From positions 140,101 through 204,100 of the IMG/VR virus record IMGVR_UViG_3300013116_000108: a stretch of 64,000 nt of DNA. One strand, 5' to 3'. Below the pieces are notes generated by a model. That model saw only the letters and a list, made by a program, of their open reading frames with translations, searched no databases and was not told the origin of the DNA. This document shows, one piece after another, positions 48,201 to 56,097 of this stretch (the stretch's first letter is position 1; each line of letters begins with the position of its first letter). Position numbers and translations under genes: made by a program.

Positions 48201-49327
48201 TTGAGCTTAATGGAACTAGATTACGCCCACCGGTATTTACATACTTAACAAATGATAGTAGTTCAGCAACATACGACTTAACTACGTCAGCAGATATTAA
48301 TCATGCTACATTAACAAAGAGTGGCACAAAGGTTTATATTAATGGTGTACAAACTACAGCATATACTATTGTTACAGGATCAGATAGCACAATAAAAGCA
48401 GTTCAGTTAGATGAGGCTCCGGCACCTAATTCAAAAATTGATGTTGAAGTTACTGCTGGTGCTGATTATAATTTAAGTAATGCTACAACATTAAATATTA
48501 CAGGCGGTACATTTAGTGGCGGCGATAAGATTGTTGTAACAACATTTAACAATCATAATAATTTAAAAATGACAACTGAAACGTTTAAAGGCGGATCATC
48601 TAATGCTATTACAACTGAAATTGGTTTTGATGTTAGAGGATTTGAATCTGTGGCATTTGATGCCGTTACAGCAAGTGTTGTTAACATAGCAGAGTTTAAT
48701 ATATTTAAGACACCAACTAATATGTCTTACTTATGGGTTACTAAGAACGGTGTTAAAATGATTCCAAACCAAGATTATAAACTCGTAGGAAACAAAATAG
48801 CATTTTCTGATACATTACAAGCATCAGATATTACAATAGTAACACAATTTACAGAAGAAACTATTAAGCCAGCAATTGGCTTTAAAATCTTTAAAGACTT
48901 ATTTGATAAAAATCATTATTACAGATTGTCTGACAGACATTCAGCAATAACAACAGCAGACATTTTATCAGCAGACACAGAAATATCATTGAACAAAGTA
49001 TCTCAATTAACCGTACCTGACATTAGTTCTAATATTCCAGGCGTTATTTGGATTGGCAGTGAACGAATTGAATACTTAGAAATAGATAATATAAACAATA
49101 AAATTAAAAGGCTTAGACGTGGCACTAGTGGAACACATGTACCTAGTAGTCACCCAAATAATAGCCTTGTTATAGATATTAGCAATAGGCAAGAAATACC
49201 ATCAGCTCATGAAAAAACATGGTATAATACAACAGGAAGTAATGCTAGTGACGGATTAGGGTTACAAAATTCAACTACAGTACAAGCAAGTTTCTTACTT
49301 GAGGAACCAACTTACACAAAGAGCTAA
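36299..49327 (+). CDS. Giant baseplate wedge/virion protein (gp7-like position), 4342 aa, with FG-GAP propeller repeats
   Basis: Follows g6. Has a YINEVKPYHTKIRE-type motif, several FG....VGAP repeats and GDGxTxxF repeats. Confidence 0.75.
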   Translation: MAKRKTSSFLPKAYQTEKNKKFLSGTLDQLMNSSNLTRMDGYIGRRYSPSYKTTDNYLASSGLRSNYQLEPAIVLKKDSNIASDNDVGSIVTYDDLLHKLKNNSVNTTDHNKLFNQEFYNWSGFINFDTLVNYGSYYWLKDGPNAVTVTGKDIKTSGAWSTKYDSVNNEYTVSEIKGKNPTIYLRRGGNYTFTADQTAEFYIQTEPGSITGIEKASPTKSTREIYGVENNGSKNITFTVPPIDAQSWFDTDLSLLQDVNLVSNLPWNKVQGRDVDNLISLDSGIDNQRVLDGKTIIFIQDSDSATDNTNWTTTGIDYTQAPYKDTGFSVNNGQVATVDRQGVYQISIVSNKIVLSKVANITFTDKVYVTEGSTYAGRHFYKAVETNHITVIPILTAKLDTLYYQHATDKTAYGTIKIVSDVAQSIEPADFLGKKTYTAPNGVVFTNGLKITFDTTITETKYKNKSFYIEGVGDSIHLVDTTLTISETGSETKDYIVMARGAKDMNAWSRANKWFHKDVITAAATYNNEIISVDDSLRAVRPIIEYNAGLHLYNHGTTGISGVSLIDTTTTDALSNINGTSGSYVDSTELKAFDRIIFTKDNDLQTRKTIWTVGWRDINGDSTVDFLTLGNDDASEVTTGSSVVLNKGLTGKGKTYHWDGTNWIASQTKTKINQYPIFELYDSNGVSINDTSTYPSSDFLGNSLFKYSTGTGTNDTELGFPLKYRTFNNIGDILFDNTYVNETFNYKKTTGVTEISTATTLAKITHPYSGAVTYSNGWTKGIQKSRQYQQVEYTVEDVTVKSYNLGANPDVSTTALPTTFVYINNKRTKNFTIALEEGFYNCKIEDTLSLGDSITIQFYSQTTSKIGYYVVPKNLESNGQNEKFANITLGQLQNHITALIDTNKFFTGSLQGSNNLRDLSGAKETEGLITQHSSPMILPMIFSEHSNVNYVNSLKFANAEYEKFKSKFLNSLETLDGLDLTNVSETVDTIMEHVNANKSSTFPFYTSDMVPYGADVEITTYTITDDRDKTYEIDSIFDNTLPSNRAILVYLNDVQLYNDIDYTFESTSSNIRLIKTIAIGDVLKIADYNNTLGNYVAPTPTKLGLYPKFKPEIVSDNTYADTQTIIIGHDGSRTIAYGDTRDNVILELEKRIYNNIKTHYQENVFDIKKYTPGRWRETDTTVAEVNDILEDEFLRWTTKHRISYTDNTFFDANDSKTWNYKNFTDKLDKSLFKQSHWKGLFVYYYDTYKPHTNAWEMFGWTEKPTWWETRYGVAPYTSGNEVLWNDVRDGHRYTSATEFTASTLYKRENIYSMMPVTENGEICSPIDCLTTNAGDLSPSHSWKYGDGAPPEIAWKNSSSYPFSVQHLLSLIRPAEYFSQLFNKSQIVRGALTDQLVLTSTNQRQTPSDLKVDTSTTRYEGCGNYIADYLRWLNVDVQTNLTDILKNLDIKLVHKLEGYTDKKLIKVLAEQVSPTSTSNSVYVPDEDYAIHLHKTGPIKTIPYSGVIIQGNASGYTVFGYNLNNPRFTIHKPIENGNFKIHDVNDDRVVEYEDYSTEEESIPYGTSFDTKQEVANFLFSYQKYLTNSGYDFDNRMEDFGTQKIVANWTMSVKEFVHWSGQGWTPGSVITISPSSLRVRCLTSMGVADTLSNSQAETNVLNANYEPLRPGSYKMNRQDNEFELTPNEIAGGIYFVNAKLVEYEHVLVFNNVTRFNDVIYQPGLGNRQYRLRIVGNKTGGWDGSLSAEGFIYNDGNVPGWVENTNYSRGDIVKFRDRLYTSSVSHTSSNKFVYENWTQTDSFKIGLLPNFDTLGKNFESFYDINAVNLESETDKYGKGSIGYQNREYFNQIGMDDVSQVKFYQGMLQEKGTTNAVNKLIRSKFDKISSDINFYEEWAIRNAEYGATDLNSRVEIQLNEEGFIDNPQPITTLNTTQEKSSVDSKTEYLTSELFKAPADISYDWVPVRKNYVDGHKDNVFYDDLYPNAGYPKLTDADATLFYNKDTDTLKDLTPDMNVGYTLWVAEDETGDWDMKYLDTTSIEVTNCDGGTTGATYTWTTADDHSLQIGDIVVVKGFHTDDTKLLRNGVYTIQTVPTTSTFTTMGGGESGKDSEAGSSVLLKFKSIRFKDGEQITAPKLGWQTNDKFYVDKDEAGYWFVAKKNTKFTQQQSLTPLLGVANEEFGDAICSDMDNQWLVVGQKSQNRIQIYTPNPAELSQNAVINNSVNGVLELGASVSTGAPVWTKPPSTTDYKQVQGMFREDFLGKYEEWDNGKRWIVVGAPGTDSNKGAVLFYYYDSKSGTFLPGTIDQPTGLTTSAKFGSVVKMSANELWCAVSAPGDKKVFLYNRMAVSGESTYNTTGDGSTTEFVLDIWWSKITSASELYIRLDSTEQMATRDFTYNANTRTITFTSAPANGTAISISYLGGWRLAKTFTGTTADYGASISLDSNGRHLVIGAPNTTTVGSVTTTNMGAAEIKTRHWQCFTGDGTTKAFTVDVSDLTGVIVYQNGTPIDSIGSDSAVLWTVSGNTLTFTSAPQSNDEIAIWTNEWLSLQTIIPSGNGRQENGQFGSSAIEIDEAGQTIYVGVPEADGVIENSGLIQVFERNQKINQGKLILSSEKEGFSSYNAGESFYINGYKVTASGTTIESISTDINNANIPGITSTVTGDSPNQILSVSHSSGVLNTIDITPGVTGTIYKDIGLKPFTTPTDITLNQEITSGHKFGEVIRVSRNNDLLVVGCPSGSTRVYTTIDNKKTLFDGSGTRFTVQTYYTGSAHVFQKLGKNWVEADSLYTNNTSINDKFGSSIAISNDTVYVGAPWEDDGNTQNTGKIIRYGKSGELFSIDERETALVDIDRINKAFLYNKSTNNILAYLDYIDPIKGKILGEAEQNIDYKTSWDPAVYNYSTGVHQVNNGDDPWIAESFIGKIWWDLSELKFINYEQGDADYKSLFWGGLFPGSKIGIYQWVASDVPPVNYTPGVAKYGNDAYVQVDKINNATNNLETTYYFWASGITEINIDKTLSTEGIVKLIQDPTTNGGPFIQFIGNNQLALVNVSRYLEATNTVLAVEYDKKPNDKILHTEWELIPEGSPTLEIPEDLFNKIKDSLAGADKTGNIVPDINLSAGDKYGIKIRPRQGVFMNRYLALKEYLTYVNAVIKKYNIVDNLDFSLLNEEEALPLSTSGTYDEKVKTLTELSYIRVATKDIGYNALVETDSEVNGRWGIHTLQSDGTWLRTRTQSYDTKKFWSYIDWYEPGYTVDTNIDYRYTDFNKVYENESVIADKSIIKITTGDSWDLYVKEDGKHNLIGQKNGTLKFGDNLYDYVKTNYGFDTDGYDFNLMDTEPQIETRNIIDSIKNQILINDLQNEHNKLMFVLLKFVLQEQNYVDWIFKTSFVQVKHNLRALDQFPTYQRDNQEFVKNYINEVKPYHTKIREYVLGYNKQETYDSDVSDFDLPSTYDQITKTFRSPNKEKSHDSNTIENSNAYKMWRENYTYSVDSVRLSRWGIGYQTAPVLTFSAPQIAGGVTATATCTIKDNHIDVVTMTNKGSGYTEPPTVTVSGGSPTTDAIIHPVLGNAKTRKIKETLKFDRIKFSSDVKTWAKNTAYTTSDIIQYNNEAYTVNENFTSGASFDSDKLTVKADNTFNNAMDRTMAYYNPETGSDAVDLGTIFKGITYPGTKVQGPLFSAEPGFDKSKFDNKAFDNYDVDSDGRFVLSSRNLDLDLESKFNDTQLGLRPEDIIIDGSSKFVDAYSSHAPEEFVPGRVFDSLSINVRTSPSTDTDSDGALGFPIYAINYKGDGANKVFKFGDDKTGTDQEVIVWSKLGGRKASTDYTIDWTLKTVTFNTAPAVGEIIELTSFGNTGNSVLLDYEFTAYSSTSSVILPIKYSLITSKQYFITINGVSNTTGALTESGDSTLWTPASALGAGDNVRFMFFDVASSATRTYSKVTVDEFTWTSGAKTFTLTDGSDTDLARTDKIIVELNGTRLRPPVFTYLTNDSSSATYDLTTSADINHATLTKSGTKVYINGVQTTAYTIVTGSDSTIKAVQLDEAPAPNSKIDVEVTAGADYNLSNATTLNITGGTFSGGDKIVVTTFNNHNNLKMTTETFKGGSSNAITTEIGFDVRGFESVAFDAVTASVVNIAEFNIFKTPTNMSYLWVTKNGVKMIPNQDYKLVGNKIAFSDTLQASDITIVTQFTEETIKPAIGFKIFKDLFDKNHYYRLSDRHSAITTADILSADTEISLNKVSQLTVPDISSNIPGVIWIGSERIEYLEIDNINNKIKRLRRGTSGTHVPSSHPNNSLVIDISNRQEIPSAHEKTWYNTTGSNASDGLGLQNSTTVQASFLLEEPTYTKS

Positions 49328-49331
49328 ATAT

Positions 49332-50003
49332 ATGAATAAAGCAGAAAAAGATAAAGATATGAAAAACAATACTAAAGAAAACACAAACAATAAGCCAGAC
49401 GATACAGGAAATGTAAGCGTAGAAGGTCATATTAGAATATTTGACCCTAAAACTGGTGAAGAATTTGTCAATAAACGTAATGCTATTCACTATGAAAATA
49501 TGAGTGAAGCATTAGCGTTATCTATTGCTAATAAAACAACCGGTTTTATTCATGAATTATGTTTAGGAAACGGTGGTACTAGTGTTGATCCTACTGGAGT
49601 AATTACATATAAACCTGCTAATAGCAGTGGTACTAATAGTAGTTTATATAATCAGACTTATTATAAAGTAGTTGACGATTTATCAGCATTAAATACTGAT
49701 TCAGCTCGTAATAAAATAACAACATCTCACGTTGAAGGTACTGTTTATACAGATATCGTAGTAAGTTGTTTGTTAGATTACGGTGAACCAAGTGGGCAAT
49801 CTGCTTTTGATAATACAAATAATTTTGACGGAACTTATGTATTTGATGAATTAGGATTAAAGAGCTGGGCAGGCACAGTTAATACAGGTAAATTATTAAC
49901 TCATGTAGTGTTTCACCCTGTACAAAAGTCCTTAAATCGTTTAATTGAGATTGAATATACTGTAAGAATTCAAACTTTAACTAATCTGTCAAGTGTGAAT
50001 TAA
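49332..50003 (+). CDS. Baseplate/virion structural protein
   Basis: EGHIRIFDP...NAIHYENMS...FDELGLKS...LTHVVFHPVQKSLNRLIEIEYTVRIQ; start at 49332 or 49359. Confidence 0.65.
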   Translation: MNKAEKDKDMKNNTKENTNNKPDDTGNVSVEGHIRIFDPKTGEEFVNKRNAIHYENMSEALALSIANKTTGFIHELCLGNGGTSVDPTGVITYKPANSSGTNSSLYNQTYYKVVDDLSALNTDSARNKITTSHVEGTVYTDIVVSCLLDYGEPSGQSAFDNTNNFDGTYVFDELGLKSWAGTVNTGKLLTHVVFHPVQKSLNRLIEIEYTVRIQTLTNLSSVN

Positions 50004-50013
50004 ACGATAAATA

Positions 50014-50021
50014 TATAAATA
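50014..50021 (+). promoter_or_regulatory. T4 late promoter TATAAATA
   Basis: Perfect consensus upstream of the fibre gene; a second ATAAATA at 50007-50013. Confidence 0.7.
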
Positions 50022-50040
50022 ATGTTAGTGGAGAACATGA

Positions 50041-51513
50041 ATGGCATATACAGTTAACAAAACAAACGGAGGCGTTTTAGCAACCGTAAGCGACGGAACA
50101 ATAGATAGTTCTACCGATATTAAATTTATAGGTAAAAACTACTCTGGTTACGGCGAATTGCTAAACGAAAACTTTGTAAAATTATTAGAGAATTTCTCAA
50201 ACACATCGGCACCATCGGCGCCACTTGCTGGCCAACTATGGTGGGACAGTTCCAACAGTTTACTTAAAGTATACACTGGATCTGCTTTTAAAACAGTTTC
50301 AAGTTCTACATCAGCCTCTTCTGATCCAGCAGGGGGCGTTGTAGGTGACTTATTTTGGCATACAACTAATAACCAATTAAAAGTTTATAATGGTAGTGGC
50401 TGGACAACAATTGGTCCACTTACTACATCAGGTGCTGGACAATCAGGACCTGAAGTTGTATCAATTACAGATACATCAGCGGCGGCACACATTGTTGTTA
50501 AGATATGGGTAAATGATACAACAGTTGCTATAGTATCTAAAGATGCTACGTTTACACCAAACAGTTCTATATCAGGATTTGCTACAATTAAGCAAGGTTA
50601 CACAGTTAACTCCACACTTGCTTCAGCAAAATGGAACGGAACAGCGGAAAACGCAGACTCATTAGGAGGTGTTGCGGCGGCAAATTACTTAACTAGTAAT
50701 TCAAACGAAACAACATCAGGTACACTTAAAGTACAAAATGACACAGGGTTTTATGTAGGTGCTGACGACGATTACAGAATAAGTGTTGCAGGTAGCAACG
50801 TTACATTATCAAATAATACATCAGATGGTGATATTATTGTATCAGTTAACGACGGTGGTACTCCAACTACAGCATTAACAGTTGACGGTGCTACATCAAG
50901 AGTGATACTAGCAGGAGATCCAGCAGTGGCACTTGGTGCCGCAACAAAACAATATGTTGATAACCAACTTTCAGCAAGTGGTACAACATTATTAAGAGAC
51001 GGTAGTGCTACTATACAAGGTGATTTATTACCTGATAATAACAACACAAGAGATTTAGGTAGCAGTACTAAGAAATTTAATCAAATATTTGCTACAACGT
51101 TTGAAGGACAAAGTACTTCGGCACAATATGCTGACTTGGCAGAGCGATTTGCTATTGACAGTCCAGTAGCACCTGGTACTATAGTAGCATTGGGCGGATC
51201 TAAAGAGATTACAAAAGTAAACGAAGAATTAAGTGATACAGTATTTGGCGTTGTTTCAACAGCACCAGCATACTTAATGAATTCTAAAGCAGGTGACAAC
51301 GCCAGCCACCCTGCTGTAGCAGTAAGCGGAAGGGTGCCTGTAAAAGTAATAGGTACAGTTAAAAAAGGTGATAGACTTGTGAGTGCCGGTGATGGTATGG
51401 CAAGGGCCGCGTCAAAAGGCGAAGCAACATATTTCAATTGTATAGGTAGAGCACTTCAAGACAAAAATACTCATGAAGTTGGTGAAATCGAAGCATTTGT
51501 GATAATTAATTAA
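50041..51513 (+). CDS. Tail fibre/spike with a C-terminal intramolecular-chaperone (Peptidase G2-like) domain
   Basis: N-terminal GKNYSGYGE..NENFVKLLENF; C-terminal AQYADLAERF...FGVVST.PAYLMN...SGRVPVKV.G.VKKGDRLV. Confidence 0.75.
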   Translation: MAYTVNKTNGGVLATVSDGTIDSSTDIKFIGKNYSGYGELLNENFVKLLENFSNTSAPSAPLAGQLWWDSSNSLLKVYTGSAFKTVSSSTSASSDPAGGVVGDLFWHTTNNQLKVYNGSGWTTIGPLTTSGAGQSGPEVVSITDTSAAAHIVVKIWVNDTTVAIVSKDATFTPNSSISGFATIKQGYTVNSTLASAKWNGTAENADSLGGVAAANYLTSNSNETTSGTLKVQNDTGFYVGADDDYRISVAGSNVTLSNNTSDGDIIVSVNDGGTPTTALTVDGATSRVILAGDPAVALGAATKQYVDNQLSASGTTLLRDGSATIQGDLLPDNNNTRDLGSSTKKFNQIFATTFEGQSTSAQYADLAERFAIDSPVAPGTIVALGGSKEITKVNEELSDTVFGVVSTAPAYLMNSKAGDNASHPAVAVSGRVPVKVIGTVKKGDRLVSAGDGMARAASKGEATYFNCIGRALQDKNTHEVGEIEAFVIIN

Positions 51514-51543
51514 TATAACATAAAGGACTAAAAGGAAAATACT

Positions 51544-52479
51544 ATGGCATACTCGACAGGTAACACAATTACAGCCACTGACTATAATTCTTTTGTTACT
51601 ACTGTAAATGGCGTCATTGGTGTCGGTTCAGGCACTAAGGGTTACAACCAATCTACGCTATCATCAGTATCAGCAACAGACCAAATTACAGCGGCACACT
51701 GGACAGCACTATTAACGGCTGTTAACAACGCGGCAACACACCAAGGTACATCAGTAACTATACCAGGTGGTTCAGACACAGGATATCCAGCAACAGGTGG
51801 TGATATCCACGCTTTTGACGGATCTCAAACAATTGGCGGTGCTTCTTACTCATATGATTTAAGTACAGCAGTTACTGACATTGACACAAACTACCAAAAC
51901 GTAGACACAGGACAACAAACTACTGTAGCGTCTCAACACACTTCAACAAGAAGTGCTGACTGGGGTGGAGAAGCAGGTACGGCGGCTATTAACACAGACG
52001 TAACTTGTACTTTCGCAGATAATAATGCGGCTAGAGGATTTTTTAACACTGGTGGCGAATTACATATTACAATGGACCAACCAACAGCAACAACTGATCA
52101 GTCAACTAACTGGAATACAATTTTTGATACTTCAATAGGCACAATTAAGATGGGTTACACAGGAACTACACGAACTGGTAACGCTGGAACACCTAGCACT
52201 ACAATAGGTTTTCACGATCTAACTACATCATACCAAACAATTTTTGAAGGAACTAACATTGGTTCAGGCGCTTATGCGGCTAACGATGTATTAGTACAAG
52301 CAAAATACGACGGTGCTGGAGTTATTACTTTTCAAATTACATTAGACGATCAACATACGGCTGTATCTCCAAGTACAGTTGATACTGTTGAGTCAGGAAC
52401 TAACGCGGTTTTTGCCATAAGAAAATCAAGTGTTTATACTCCTGCTAATCCAGGTTGGGCTACAACAGATTCATTCTAA
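51544..52479 (+). CDS. Virion structural (fibre-associated) protein
   Basis: Thr/Gly-rich; MAYSTGNTITATDYN and ARGFFNTGG motifs. Confidence 0.65.
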   Translation: MAYSTGNTITATDYNSFVTTVNGVIGVGSGTKGYNQSTLSSVSATDQITAAHWTALLTAVNNAATHQGTSVTIPGGSDTGYPATGGDIHAFDGSQTIGGASYSYDLSTAVTDIDTNYQNVDTGQQTTVASQHTSTRSADWGGEAGTAAINTDVTCTFADNNAARGFFNTGGELHITMDQPTATTDQSTNWNTIFDTSIGTIKMGYTGTTRTGNAGTPSTTIGFHDLTTSYQTIFEGTNIGSGAYAANDVLVQAKYDGAGVITFQITLDDQHTAVSPSTVDTVESGTNAVFAIRKSSVYTPANPGWATTDSF

Positions 52480-52486
52480 AAAATAC

Positions 52487-52515
52487 TTGACACTATAGTC
52501 CTAACGTGTTATAAT
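52487..52515 (+). promoter_or_regulatory. Perfect-consensus sigma70 promoter for the glycan island
   Basis: TTGACA (52487-52492), 17 nt spacer, TATAAT (52510-52515). Confidence 0.9.
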
Positions 52516-52549
52516 AGCGAGTATGTAAAAACTACTCGCTATTTTTTTT
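52514..52549 (+). terminator. Intrinsic terminator of the late structural operon, overlapping the promoter
   Basis: ATAGCGAGTA-TGTAAAAAC-TACTCGCTAT followed by TTTTTTT. Confidence 0.85.
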
Positions 52550-52564
52550 ATCTAGGAAATCTCA

Positions 52565-52915
52565 ATGAACAAAGAAACTACAGAACTATTCAAAAAAGCA
52601 AATTACCGACAAGTACAAAATAATCAATTACAACTATTAAAAGAACTCAAAGATGAGAGACTTACTATTGGTTATAACGGTGGTATGTTTAATATCAATC
52701 CTACATTACTAAACTTACTAGATTTACTAGAACGTAAAGGTTATGAAAATGCTGTCATTGATGACAGAAACAATAATCCAATCGAAGTAGAAGTTAAAAC
52801 TTTTATGACATCGATATTAGATACTTACGTTCAAGAACAAAATAGAGCTCTAGCAGAGCAACGAAAAATAGTAACAGCAAGAAGTGTAGAAGAGATATTA
52901 ACATATGACGACTAA
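52565..52915 (+). CDS. Hypothetical protein (116 aa)
   Basis: First ORF of the island; clean ORF with SD AGGA. Confidence 0.65.
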   Translation: MNKETTELFKKANYRQVQNNQLQLLKELKDERLTIGYNGGMFNINPTLLNLLDLLERKGYENAVIDDRNNNPIEVEVKTFMTSILDTYVQEQNRALAEQRKIVTARSVEEILTYDD

Positions 52916-53750
52916 AGGCGTAATAATATTTGCTAAAAACAACGAGCAATTTAATTATATAAAACAAGCAGAAGTGGCCGCTACTATGGCCAAGCATTTC
53001 CTTGGAGTTCCTGCTTCTCTAATTACATTAGAAGAAGACTATACAAACTATAGAACAAAAGAATTTGTAGATAGCGACATATGGGACAAAGTAATATACT
53101 TAGATGACATTAATATTGATGCTAATAAACGAGCAGTATATGTTAATAATAAAGCAGAAAAAATTACTTGGTATAATTTAGACAGATTACTTGCTTACGA
53201 TTTATCACCATACGATGAAACTATACTAATAGACAGTGATTACTTAATACAAAATTCAGTATTAAACAATGTATGGGGTAGTGTCGAACCTATGTTAATG
53301 AATACTGATAGTAGATTACCTAGTAAACACCAAGAACATATTTACGAAAAAGTTATTACAGACGGCTTTCCTAATATACACTGGTTTACTGTATGTTATT
53401 TTAGAAAATGTAAAGAAACAAAAGACTGGTTTACTATAGCAAAAGAAATAAAAGAAAACAACGATTTCTACAGTACAACATTTGCTAGTCCTTATACATT
53501 TTACAGAAATGATATAACAGCCGCGATTGCTTCGCATATTATGAACGGCTATACTGACGGATGGATCAAATCATTACCTACAAGACAGATTAACAGTTAT
53601 TCCCCAGAAAATATCATAGATATAAGCAAAGGAAGTATAACACTTAATACAAGCGAAGGTCCTGTTAGATTAAAAGATACAAATGTACACTTGCTAAACA
53701 AAATTGAAATAGAAAATAATTACGATAGGTTTATAGAACTTTATGGCTAG
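52905..53750 (+). CDS. GT-A fold glycosyltransferase-like (GT8-like)
   Basis: AYDLSPYDETILIDSDYL (DxD motif). Confidence 0.6.
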   Translation: MTTKGVIIFAKNNEQFNYIKQAEVAATMAKHFLGVPASLITLEEDYTNYRTKEFVDSDIWDKVIYLDDINIDANKRAVYVNNKAEKITWYNLDRLLAYDLSPYDETILIDSDYLIQNSVLNNVWGSVEPMLMNTDSRLPSKHQEHIYEKVITDGFPNIHWFTVCYFRKCKETKDWFTIAKEIKENNDFYSTTFASPYTFYRNDITAAIASHIMNGYTDGWIKSLPTRQINSYSPENIIDISKGSITLNTSEGPVRLKDTNVHLLNKIEIENNYDRFIELYG

Positions 53751-54618
53751 AGAATATAAAAGACAGAGAGGCTTCTTTACTATAGCACAATACAGCGAGA
53801 AGTTTGGCGATTATCCTAGAATGGCTTATGCTTTAGCATTAAGTTTAAAAGCAAGTCAAATAGAAGCACCATTCTTAGCAGTTGGCATGACAGAAGAAGA
53901 TCAAAAACGTTTACCAGAAAACTATAAAGAAGTGTTTGACGAGATTGTTACAATTCCTTGGACAGACGAAGCATTACCTCATAACTGGAAACTACACAAT
54001 TGGTGGAAAGCATACCATATGACACCTTACAAAGAAACTATTTGTTTAGATGCTGATATGTTGTTTACACATGATCACAGTGACTGGTGGACTATATTAG
54101 GAAGACGTTTTCCTGTACAAATGTGTAATAACCCTGTTACATTTAAAGGACATAAAGCAAACGTAAGTTATTACAGCCAAGCATTTACTAGAAATAATTT
54201 ATACAGAGGATACGCGGCTTTAACTTATTTTAGGCAAAGCAAAGAAGCAAGAAAATTTTTTAATATGTGCGAAGATATATTTAAAAACTGGGACGACTAC
54301 AGTTGGGAATATATTAGACATAGCAAAAAACGTTGGGCGGCGACAGATGAAGTATACGGACTTGCTATTAGGTTATTAGAATGGGAAGATAAAGTTAAAC
54401 CTATTCCTAGTTTTACTTTTGTACATTTAAAATCAAAATGTCAAGGCTTATTAGATTATAAAGTACAAGATGTTAACTGGACTGACTACTTAACAGATAC
54501 ATGGGACGAAAATGGTAGATGTTTTATTAATAACTATTTACAAACAAAGCCACTACATTATCATGTAAAAGGTTGGCTAACAGATGATCATATTAAACGA
54601 CTTGAGGGACTGCTATGA
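53743..54618 (+). CDS. GT-A fold glycosyltransferase-like (GT8-like), paralog of the previous gene
   Basis: AYALALSLK, AYHMTPYKETICLDADMLF, ATDEVYGL and LHYH. Confidence 0.65.
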   Translation: MAREYKRQRGFFTIAQYSEKFGDYPRMAYALALSLKASQIEAPFLAVGMTEEDQKRLPENYKEVFDEIVTIPWTDEALPHNWKLHNWWKAYHMTPYKETICLDADMLFTHDHSDWWTILGRRFPVQMCNNPVTFKGHKANVSYYSQAFTRNNLYRGYAALTYFRQSKEARKFFNMCEDIFKNWDDYSWEYIRHSKKRWAATDEVYGLAIRLLEWEDKVKPIPSFTFVHLKSKCQGLLDYKVQDVNWTDYLTDTWDENGRCFINNYLQTKPLHYHVKGWLTDDHIKRLEGLL

Positions 54619-55184
54619 AGCAAGAAGACGTACAAGCACTCGTAGATCAATTGTTTAATGTAAATGTTAAGCAAACTACTAAAGCAAGTCAACATAGAAT
54701 TTATTACAACGACTTCGGCCAAATTATAGCATTATCTCCAAACGAGAATGATGAGTACAAAGACAATCATTATATTCGTATTAGCAGAGATAAGTTTATA
54801 GAATTATCTAATACTAGTATAAAAAGTTGGATGGTAGATACAGGGCAGTCTCCTCCTCAGATAATAAATATTAGTGCTGATGCTATGGCATCAACTAACC
54901 GTGTTCATGTAATAAATGAATACAACCCAAAGCGTCTCTTTAAGTTCGAATACAATCCAGATACTAGAAAACTAACACTAGAATCTAATGGTAATTTGCC
55001 TGACAGAAAAATGCTTTGGGTAACCCCAAAAGGTCAATATTCAGTAATGCTAACCCGCATACCTATACAAGCATCCGGAAAGTACGAGTACGATATTGAC
55101 AGTTACTTAGGTAGCAAAGACATTTCATTAATATCCAGATACAATTTAGATATGTTAGTAAGTTATAGGACAACTCATGATTAA
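54615..55184 (+). CDS. Hypothetical protein (189 aa)
   Basis: Translationally coupled ORF in the island. Confidence 0.6.
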   Translation: MKQEDVQALVDQLFNVNVKQTTKASQHRIYYNDFGQIIALSPNENDEYKDNHYIRISRDKFIELSNTSIKSWMVDTGQSPPQIINISADAMASTNRVHVINEYNPKRLFKFEYNPDTRKLTLESNGNLPDRKMLWVTPKGQYSVMLTRIPIQASGKYEYDIDSYLGSKDISLISRYNLDMLVSYRTTHD

Positions 55185-56097
55185 ACAATATAAAGTAAGT
55201 GATTTTGATGTCGTGTACATCTCATACGACGAACCCAATGCTGAAAAGAACTGGGCTGATTTAAAAAGTAAATGCCCATGGGCTAAACGTGTACATGGTG
55301 TTAAAGGCTTTGATGCCGCACATAATAAAGCAGGACAAATTAGTGAAACAGATAGAGTGTTTACTATTGACGGCGATAATAGGGTAAGAAAAGAATTTTT
55401 TGATGAAGTATTAGAAATAGATGACGAAGTACAAAAGGACTATGTATTCAGTTGGTGTGGACATAATGTTATCAACGGTCTAGCATATGGAAACGGGGGT
55501 GTTAAACTTTGGCCTAAACACATCATTACTAATATGAAAAGTCATGAAAAAGCAGAGGAAGTAGAAGATGCTGTAGACTTTTGCTGGATGGTAACATATT
55601 TCCAAATGGCAGATACAATGAGTGATGTATGTGTTAATGGTAGTCCTGAACAAGCATTTAGGGGTGGCTATAGAGAAGGTATTAAGTTAAGTTTAGATCA
55701 AGGCAAACTTCCTGATAAATGGGAATACTTAGAAAAAAATCATTGGAAAAACTTACACAGATTATCTATTTGGTGTAGTGTTGGACTTGATGTTGAATAT
55801 GGGGACTGGGCATTGCTTGGCGCTAGAATGGGAACATACGAAACTAATGTGGAGCGAAAAGATCATACACTAATCGCCGACTATGATTATATGCAGACTT
55901 TTGTAAAACAAGTATTACATGAATTTGAAGATCCATCTAAACGTAAAAAAGCAATACATGATTACGGTGTTAAAATAAGACAGCACTTACAATTTAGAAT
56001 TGCTGACTTAGATGCTGATGCTAGTAAGTGGTTTAAGATGGTTTATGAAAATCCAACTAGATACGGAGTTATGTTAACTGAAAGAGATGTCAAGTGA
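55177..56097 (+). CDS. Glycosyltransferase-like protein (GT-A)
   Basis: YISYDEPNAE, RVHGVKGFDAAH, VFTIDGDN (DxD) and YGNGGVKLW. Confidence 0.55.
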   Translation: MIKQYKVSDFDVVYISYDEPNAEKNWADLKSKCPWAKRVHGVKGFDAAHNKAGQISETDRVFTIDGDNRVRKEFFDEVLEIDDEVQKDYVFSWCGHNVINGLAYGNGGVKLWPKHIITNMKSHEKAEEVEDAVDFCWMVTYFQMADTMSDVCVNGSPEQAFRGGYREGIKLSLDQGKLPDKWEYLEKNHWKNLHRLSIWCSVGLDVEYGDWALLGARMGTYETNVERKDHTLIADYDYMQTFVKQVLHEFEDPSKRKKAIHDYGVKIRQHLQFRIADLDADASKWFKMVYENPTRYGVMLTERDVK

